A stretch of DNA of 22,056 bases. Origin: a candidate division WOR-3 bacterium (GTDB lineage: Bacteria > Hydrothermota > Tepidihabitantia > Tepidihabitantales > JAOUPE01). How positions within the stretch are numbered: position 1 is the stretch's first letter; the number at the start of each line of letters is the position of its first letter. The DNA lies in assembly GCA_039801565.1 (NCBI GenBank), contig JBDRUX010000031.1, forward strand, positions 1 through 22,056. The letters run 5' to 3'. Made by a program: the position numbers and the translations under genes. Under the pieces are notes generated by a model. It had not been told where the DNA came from. It searched no databases and worked only from the letters and a program-made list of their open reading frames with translations. This document shows positions 15,883-22,056 of this stretch, piece by piece.

Positions 15883-16893
15883 ATGATAAGAATTGCCATC
15901 AATGGTTTTGGTAGGATTGGCCGGCTAGTGTTTCGAGCTGGCTATAAAAATCCAAACCTCGAATTTGTGGCAGTCAATGACATTACCGATGCTAAGACTT
16001 TAGCCCATCTACTCAAATACGACTCAGTCCACCGAACAATGGATGCTAAGATCGAAGCCCAAACCGATTCATTTGTGGTCGAAGACAAAACCGTGAAGGT
16101 ATTCGCCCAAAAAGACCCGGCTCAATTGCCTTGGCGAGATTTGAAGATTGATATCGTAGTGGAATCAACAGGTGTCTTTCGCTCCTATGACAAATTAGAA
16201 CCTCATCTCAAAGCCGGAGCGAAAAAAGTAATTCTTACTGCCCCGAGCAAAGATAAAAATGGACCGATAAAGACATTGGTGATGGGGGTTAACGAAGCAT
16301 CCTACGACCCTAAAACTGACCATATTGTCTCTAATGCTTCTTGTACAACTAATTGCATTGTGCCGGTGGCAAAGGTTCTCCATGAGAATTTCAAAATCAG
16401 AAGCGGTTATATGACAACTATTCACGGTTACACCAATGACCAACGGATTTTGGATGCACCACACAAGGATTTGCGACGGGCAAGGGCAGCAGCAATGAGT
16501 ATGATACCAACAACGACCGGAGCCGCAAAACTGATTGGCGTCATTTTTCCAGAACTAAAAGGTAAGATTGATGGGATGGCAATAAGGGTCCCGACACCCG
16601 ATGTATCAATCGTTGACTTTTCTTGCGTTGTGGAAAAAGCAACCTCCAAGGAAGAAGTAAATGAAGCATTTAAGAAAGCCAGTGAAGGTGCACTTAAGAA
16701 ATATCTTATGTATTGTAGTGAACCTTTAGTTTCAATTGATTTTACAACCAGCACTTACTCGGCAATTGTTGATGCGGAACTGACCGCAGTTATTGATAAG
16801 AATCTGGTCAAAGTCTACGCCTGGTATGACAATGAATATGGCTACGCCTGTCGGGTAGTAGACCTAATCGAATATATTGGGGCACGGTTATGA
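15883..16893 (+). CDS. gap: Type I glyceraldehyde-3-phosphate dehydrogenase
   Basis: IAINGFGRIGR, SNASCTTNC, DLRRARAAA.S.IPTTTGAAK, WYDNEYGY; start at ATG 15883 after the SD. Confidence 0.98.
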   Translation: MIRIAINGFGRIGRLVFRAGYKNPNLEFVAVNDITDAKTLAHLLKYDSVHRTMDAKIEAQTDSFVVEDKTVKVFAQKDPAQLPWRDLKIDIVVESTGVFRSYDKLEPHLKAGAKKVILTAPSKDKNGPIKTLVMGVNEASYDPKTDHIVSNASCTTNCIVPVAKVLHENFKIRSGYMTTIHGYTNDQRILDAPHKDLRRARAAAMSMIPTTTGAAKLIGVIFPELKGKIDGMAIRVPTPDVSIVDFSCVVEKATSKEEVNEAFKKASEGALKKYLMYCSEPLVSIDFTTSTYSAIVDAELTAVIDKNLVKVYAWYDNEYGYACRVVDLIEYIGARL

Positions 16894-18071
16894 AGAAACT
16901 CTCCATAAAAGACCTTCCGATAAAAAATAAAAAGGTTTTCGTCCGGGTTGATTTTAATGTCCCGATGGACGAAACCGGTAAGATTCGCAGTGATGCCCGC
17001 ATCCAAGCTGCCTTACCAACAATTGAGTACATTATCAAAAATCAAGGTATCGCAATTCTGGCTTCCCATTTAGGCAAACCGAAAGGTAAAAGAGACTTAA
17101 AATATAGCTTAAGACCAGTAGCGCAAAGACTTTCTGAGCTACTAAAAAAACCAGTGCTATTCGCTGAAGACTGTATTGGCGAATCTGTCGAAAAGGTAAT
17201 AAGCGAAACTAAGCCGGGCGATGTGGTTCTTTTAGAGAATCTAAGGTTTCATCCTGAAGAAGAGAAAAATGACTCCAATTTTGCTAAGGCGCTGGCTAAT
17301 TTGGCGGATTTATATGTGAACGATGCCTTTGGCACCGCGCATCGCGCCCATGCCTCAACCGAAGGGATGGCAAAATTATTTGATAAACCAGCGGCTGGGC
17401 TTTTGCTGGAAAAAGAGATTGACTATTTGAGTTCAGTAATTGAGTCGCCCCAACATCCTTTCGTTGGTATTATTGGCGGCGCCAAAATCTCGGATAAATT
17501 GGCAGTGATTAAAAATCTGCTCCTCAAGGTTGATAACTTAATCTTGGGTGGGGGCCTAATTTTCAATTTCTACAAAGCCAAAGGTTATGAAATTGGTAAG
17601 TCGATCTTCGAACCGGAATTATTAAATGAGGCAAAAGGTCTCTTAAACGAAAAGAAAGTTTATCTGCCGGAAGACGTGGTTGTCTCAAATAACACCGACG
17701 GACTCGGTATCATCAATACTGTTGCTTGGAATGAAATCCCTTCCGATTTTATCGGTTTAGACATCGGCTCAAAGACGATAAAAAGTTATCAGGCATTACT
17801 GCGCAGTGCCAAGATGATTGTTTGGGCAGGTCCAATGGGAATGTTTGAGATTGAGCAATTTGCCCAAGGAACAAAAGCGGTTGCGGAAGCGGTAGTTACT
17901 GCTACCCAAAATGGTGCCATCTCGGTAGTGGGTGGTGGCGATACCGTGGCAGCATTAGAAAAGTTTGGCTTAACAGATAAAGTCAGCCATGCCTCGACTG
18001 GTGGTGGTGCTACTCTGGAATTTTTGGAAGGAAAGACTTTGCCCGGGATTGCGGTATTAAAAGACAAATGA
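16890..18071 (+). CDS. pgk: Phosphoglycerate kinase
   Basis: RVDFNVP, SHLGKP, LLENLRF, NDAFGTAHRAHAS, GGAKISDK, GGGDT, STGGGA.LEFLEGK.LPG. Confidence 0.98.
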   Translation: MKKLSIKDLPIKNKKVFVRVDFNVPMDETGKIRSDARIQAALPTIEYIIKNQGIAILASHLGKPKGKRDLKYSLRPVAQRLSELLKKPVLFAEDCIGESVEKVISETKPGDVVLLENLRFHPEEEKNDSNFAKALANLADLYVNDAFGTAHRAHASTEGMAKLFDKPAAGLLLEKEIDYLSSVIESPQHPFVGIIGGAKISDKLAVIKNLLLKVDNLILGGGLIFNFYKAKGYEIGKSIFEPELLNEAKGLLNEKKVYLPEDVVVSNNTDGLGIINTVAWNEIPSDFIGLDIGSKTIKSYQALLRSAKMIVWAGPMGMFEIEQFAQGTKAVAEAVVTATQNGAISVVGGGDTVAALEKFGLTDKVSHASTGGGATLEFLEGKTLPGIAVLKDK

Positions 18072-18097
18072 AAAGAATTTTCCAGTTAGGGGGTTAA

Positions 18098-18856
18098 ATG
18101 CGCCGACGGCTAATCGCTGGTAATTGGAAGATGTATAAACGACCAAGCGAAGCAAAAAAATTGGCTGAAGAATTAAGATTAGCATTGGCTGATGTGAAAG
18201 AGGTTGACATCGCAATCTGTCCACCCTTCACTGCTCTGCCAGTGGTTGCTGAAGTGATAAAAGACTCGAATATTGAATTAGGTGCCCAGAATATGCACTA
18301 TGAATTGAATGGCGCCTATACTGGCGAAATCTCGCCAGAATTTCTTTTAGAATTGGGCTGCAAATATGTAATATTAGGTCATTCCGAACGCAGACAGTAT
18401 TTCTTCGAAGACGATGCGTTAATCAATAAAAAACTTTTAACCGCTTTAAAAATGAATCTCTCCCCTATTTTCTGCATCGGCGAAAGACTTTCGGAACGAG
18501 AAACGGGCAGGACTTTTGATATAGTAAAAAACCAGTTAACCCAAGGTCTGGCTGGGATTAAAGACCAAATTGAAAAAGTCATCATTGCCTATGAACCGGT
18601 TTGGGCAATCGGTACCGGTAAAACCGCTACACCAAAACAAGCAAGTGAAGTCCATAGTTTTATTCGAGACTGGTTGAAAAATAATTACAATCCAACGCTT
18701 GCGGAGACGATACGAATTCTTTACGGTGGCAGTGTCAAACCCGACAATATTGATGAATTGATGGCAGAAGAAGAACTGGATGGAGCTTTAGTCGGTGGTG
18801 CCAGTTTAGAAGCAAAATCTTTTATCCGAATCGTTAAATTTCAAAAAGCCAATTGA
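18098..18856 (+). CDS. tpiA: Triosephosphate isomerase
   Basis: AGNWKM, GAYTGEIS, GHSERR, AYEPVWAIGTG, LYGGSVKP, GALVGGASL. Confidence 0.98.
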   Translation: MRRRLIAGNWKMYKRPSEAKKLAEELRLALADVKEVDIAICPPFTALPVVAEVIKDSNIELGAQNMHYELNGAYTGEISPEFLLELGCKYVILGHSERRQYFFEDDALINKKLLTALKMNLSPIFCIGERLSERETGRTFDIVKNQLTQGLAGIKDQIEKVIIAYEPVWAIGTGKTATPKQASEVHSFIRDWLKNNYNPTLAETIRILYGGSVKPDNIDELMAEEELDGALVGGASLEAKSFIRIVKFQKAN

Positions 18857-19335
18857 AGAGAATTTTAATTGCCTGCTACTCTCGAACCGGTATCAACGCA
18901 ACGGTCTGCCAACAACTCCAAAGCCAACTCCAATGCGACTTAGAAATGATAACTGATACCAAAAATCGTAATGGACTATTGGGTTTTATCAGTGGTGGAT
19001 TTGATGCCTTATTTAGAAAAATGACACCAATTAAGCCGATTGAGAGAGACCCTAATGATTATGAATTAGTCGTCATTGCAACACCAATCTGGGCTGGTAC
19101 AATCTCACCTGCGATTCGAACTTATCTATTCAATAATCGCGAAAAATTTAAAAGCATTGCCTTACTTTCGGTGTCGGGCAACGGTGCGAAAAATCAAAAA
19201 GCGGTTACGGATTTTACTAAATTAGTTGGCAAGCAACCAATTATCACTCTGCTATTAAGTGAAAAAGAAGTCAAACAAAAAACCTACCAAGCCAAACTAA
19301 AAGATTTTGCCCAGGTGATTCAAGCCTTCAATTAA
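18853..19335 (+). CDS. Flavodoxin-like protein
   Basis: ILIACYSRTG phosphate-binding loop, YELVVIATPIWAG.ISPAIRTYL; TTG start overlaps the tpiA TGA. Confidence 0.8.
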   Translation: MKRILIACYSRTGINATVCQQLQSQLQCDLEMITDTKNRNGLLGFISGGFDALFRKMTPIKPIERDPNDYELVVIATPIWAGTISPAIRTYLFNNREKFKSIALLSVSGNGAKNQKAVTDFTKLVGKQPIITLLLSEKEVKQKTYQAKLKDFAQVIQAFN

Positions 19336-19378
19336 AAAGTCAACTAACTCTTTTCTGAAACAGTAAAAAATCTTTTGG

Positions 19379-19406
19379 TTGACATTTTGAAAATTTTCGT
19401 TATCAA
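19379..19406 (+). promoter_or_regulatory. Probable promoter of the DHS-like gene
   Basis: TTGACA-16 nt-TATCAA(T), then AAAGGA and ATG at 19416. The -10 box is imperfect. Confidence 0.45.
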
Positions 19407-19415
19407 TAAAGGAAA

Positions 19416-20540
19416 ATGCGACATCTTTCAAAGAGAATGGTTGGTCATCGGATAATCGGGGAACCAATCAAGGGTGATGAGAAAACAGCCGAACTCTTAG
19501 AAAAGGCTTTTACTGGTTATGTGGGCAGAGAGCTAAGAAACGCCTATCGGATTATCAAACGAATGTTGGAAGAAAACCATACTATTGTTTTAGCGATGGC
19601 TGGTGCGATGACGCCGATTGATTTTGCGGTTACCTGCATTATTCCAATGATTAAAGCCGGTTATATTGACATTCTCACCACCACTGGTGCCAATCTTTAT
19701 CACGACTTACAAAGGTTAGAAAGTGACAATTGGTTTGAGGTTGACCCAAATCAAGGTGATATCAAATTGCGCCAAGCCGGCTGGACCAGAATTTATGACA
19801 CTGCCTTCCCGGATACCGACCTTTGGACCGCGGACCGGTTAGTGAAAGACTTAGTGCGCCGACCAGATTTTAACCGTTCGATGACCACTACCCAGTTTCA
19901 CTACCTATTGGGCAAGCACTTAGCAAGGTATGGCAAACGGCGTTTCAAACGGGCTGACCTTAATCGCAGCCTTTTGGTTCAAGCCTATCGGAATAAAATT
20001 CCTATCTTTTGTGGTGCTCCCCAAGATGGCTCAATCTTTTTAAATCTGGCATTTATGAAGCGCAAACTCGGTCATCGCTATAAATTCAATATTGATTTAG
20101 AAGAAGATATCTATGAATTTGCGGCTTATCATTATTTAGCAAAGAACCGGTGGAGTCGTAAACTCTCCATTATCATTTTAGGTGGTGGTGTGCCCAAGAA
20201 TTACTCTTTACAACCCGAACCCTTCCTCTCTCAAATCTGTGGCATTGATGCTGGTGGTTATGATATGGATGTCCAGATTTGCGATGCCCATGTCCAAAAT
20301 GGCGGACTTTCTTCTTGTACCGCAGGCGAAGCCCATACTTGGGGTAAGACATCAGCCGAATGTGTCAAAAAATCCCAGTATGTCTTTGCTGATGTCACTT
20401 CAACCTTTCCTTTCTTGGTTCATGCTTTACTTCAAGAAGAAATCAAACGCGAACCAAGAAATTTATTGGATTATCGGGAAGAAGCCTTAACCCTTTTAGA
20501 TAAGGCTTTAAGAAAAACCAAGCGGTTTTTCTTAAAATAA
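19416..20540 (+). CDS. Deoxyhypusine synthase family protein (probable DHS-type homospermidine synthase)
   Basis: AGAMTP, TTTGANLYHD, RIYD, DGSI, ILGGGVPKNY, GGLS...EAHTWGK (catalytic Lys motif), FADVT. Confidence 0.88.
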   Translation: MRHLSKRMVGHRIIGEPIKGDEKTAELLEKAFTGYVGRELRNAYRIIKRMLEENHTIVLAMAGAMTPIDFAVTCIIPMIKAGYIDILTTTGANLYHDLQRLESDNWFEVDPNQGDIKLRQAGWTRIYDTAFPDTDLWTADRLVKDLVRRPDFNRSMTTTQFHYLLGKHLARYGKRRFKRADLNRSLLVQAYRNKIPIFCGAPQDGSIFLNLAFMKRKLGHRYKFNIDLEEDIYEFAAYHYLAKNRWSRKLSIIILGGGVPKNYSLQPEPFLSQICGIDAGGYDMDVQICDAHVQNGGLSSCTAGEAHTWGKTSAECVKKSQYVFADVTSTFPFLVHALLQEEIKREPRNLLDYREEALTLLDKALRKTKRFFLK

Positions 20541-20573
20541 ATTTCACTAATTCGACGATAAAATAATTAAAAT

Positions 20574-21242
20574 TTATCCCCGAAGAATCTTTTCGTTAAT
20601 TGCCAATTTGAGAATCTTAAAGTTTTCCAAAATATAATACTTTCGTGACGCTGCTTCTAATAGCGAGCCAAGTTTGACAGTGTAATCCCGCTTGGTTAAA
20701 GAATTCAATGTCCGCAAGATTCTTTCTAAAATGGTTTTATCATCGGGTAGGCTTATCCCCTTTTTCAGTAAAAATTCAATATCAAAAACATCTCTGATTT
20801 CTTTTCGGGCTAAAAACGACTCAATCTTTAAACCCATCATTGCTTCCAAGGAGACAACCTTTAATAAGACTTGAGTATTAGAATACTTACTATAGGCAAT
20901 TGCATTTTCGGTCGCAACTTTTTTCAGTTCTTTTCTAATCTCAATTTTAAGGCGCCGCGGATAACTTTTTGATTTCAATTCCAAAAGTAAGGTGTAGAAC
21001 TTATTCTCCGAATCGGTCAAGGTGTAATACTGACCGAGATATTGTTTTAGGTCATTGAATAGTTTATTGACATCAATCGTTTTAATTAGCCAGAAGTCTA
21101 AGTCAACCGAGAAGCGGTCTAAGCCATAACAAAGTCTTAACATTGTCCCGCCGCCGAACACGAGATTGGTTAACAATCGCTTGCTATTCAGTCGTTCCAA
21201 GACTTCTAATTCAAACTGTTCTTGCTTTATTAAATTCTCCAT
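20574..21242 (-). CDS. abiEii: AbiEii/AbiGii-family nucleotidyltransferase toxin (type IV TA)
   Basis: LVFGGGTMLRLCYGLDRFSVDLDF, KIEI, K...FLARKEIRDVFDI. Confidence 0.9.
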   Translation of the reverse strand: MENLIKQEQFELEVLERLNSKRLLTNLVFGGGTMLRLCYGLDRFSVDLDFWLIKTIDVNKLFNDLKQYLGQYYTLTDSENKFYTLLLELKSKSYPRRLKIEIRKELKKVATENAIAYSKYSNTQVLLKVVSLEAMMGLKIESFLARKEIRDVFDIEFLLKKGISLPDDKTILERILRTLNSLTKRDYTVKLGSLLEAASRKYYILENFKILKLAINEKILRG

Positions 21243-21826
21243 ATTTTTTTCACAATCGCCTTCGTTTTATCCGGATAGACCTTAATAATTTTATTAATTT
21301 TGGATTTATCCAATTTTGTTAAATCCAAAGCCGAAAAGTCAATCTTATATTTACCAAAAGAATAGAGATAAACCGAATCAACAAATGCCTTTTCTTTAGA
21401 TGCGATAAAGAAATTACCGAGTCGGATAAAATCGAAATAGTAACATTTTTTTATTTTGTAGTAGGCAAAGACAATCCCTTTAATTTCAAACTTTTTGGAA
21501 CGTTTGAGAGCGGCGCTTTCAAAAAAGTCCCGTTGGACTTGGGTTGTTACTTCATAGAAGTTGAGGGCGGTTAAAAATGAGATGTAAGAGGGAACCTGTA
21601 AGAGATTGGCAATTTGAAAAAAATCTTCGGCTGTGAATTTCTTAAAACTCTCGCGCAAAACGTAAAAATCTTTTTTCATTCGAATGAAGATACCCTTTTT
21701 TGTATAACGGCTTAAAAGCACTCGTGTTGACTCTGGCTTCAACTTTAAGATATTAGCTAAATCCTGGAGTGTAAAATAAAGTTTCGGGCTCAATTTTTCC
21801 GCTAACTCGACACTTCTATTAAGCAT
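21230..21826 (-). CDS. abiEi: AbiEi-family antitoxin (N-terminal winged HTH)
   Basis: FTLQDLA...LSRYTKKG..IR.KK..Y, PSYISF.TAL.FY, IASKEKAFVDSVYL; overlaps abiEii by 13 nt. Confidence 0.88.
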   Translation of the reverse strand: MLNRSVELAEKLSPKLYFTLQDLANILKLKPESTRVLLSRYTKKGIFIRMKKDFYVLRESFKKFTAEDFFQIANLLQVPSYISFLTALNFYEVTTQVQRDFFESAALKRSKKFEIKGIVFAYYKIKKCYYFDFIRLGNFFIASKEKAFVDSVYLYSFGKYKIDFSALDLTKLDKSKINKIIKVYPDKTKAIVKKIWRI

Positions 21827-21828
21827 AG

Positions 21829-21876
21829 ATAATTAACTAATTTGTTAATTATAAGTTCTTAATACTTTAATGTCAA
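21829..21876 (-). promoter_or_regulatory. abiE promoter with overlapping palindromic operator
   Basis: Perfect TTGACA (21876-21871)-17 nt-TATAAT (21853-21848). Inverted repeat ATAATTAAC-6 nt-GTTAATTAT at 21829-21852. Confidence 0.8.
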
Positions 21877-22056
21877 TATCAAATGAGTTAGGTTACTACT
21901 GCGTTCTTATTTTCTGGCTTATTACCAAATAAATTCTAATACCAGCCAATCTAATACTATGGAAATTGAATCCTTAATTTGATTAAAAGCCGACATTGTA
22001 TTTTGCATTAATTTCAACTTCATTATAAATCTTCTATTTAATTTCAATTGCCGTTC

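Noticed and set aside
966..20874. Short antisense or alternate-frame ORFs in the track (for example 11040-11555, 9335-9640, 13668-14012, 20182-20490)
   Set aside because: They overlap well-supported genes and lack motifs or ribosome-binding sites; treated as shadow ORFs.
21880..22056. 3' remnant of a minus-strand gene (TAIEIK* resembles a PD-(D/E)XK/DUF4143 tail; another frame is open for 44 codons)
   Set aside because: Too short and cut by the window edge to assign a frame or product.

Overview
A 22 kb AT-rich bacterial chromosomal segment. The T9SS/FlgD-type C-terminal domain and the fused rplM-rpsI-rpsB-tsf operon suggest an FCB-related lineage such as WOR-3 (inference). The left accessory part holds the 3' part of a large secreted Fn3/Ig protein, REP-like hairpins, a leaderless PD-(D/E)XK nuclease gene, an orphan second copy of the secreted protein's C-terminal tail and a 1.2 kb non-coding gap. 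That gap contains a ~350 bp array of degenerate palindromes phased at exactly 12 bp. Next comes a minus-strand operon (clan GH-A glycoside hydrolase lipoprotein plus two GNATs) with an AUA start and a +1 frameshift. The core part is rplM-rpsI-rpsB-tsf-pyrH-frr-uppS-cdsA (minus strand), a divergent MgtE_N/CBS + NRAMP-related Mg2+ transporter pair, gap-pgk-tpiA-flavodoxin and a deoxyhypusine-synthase-like gene. An AbiEi/AbiEii type IV toxin-antitoxin pair with a palindromic operator closes the window. Most native sigma70-like promoters have a 16 bp spacer, while the TA promoter has the canonical 17 bp. All calls come from reading the sequence; no searches were run.
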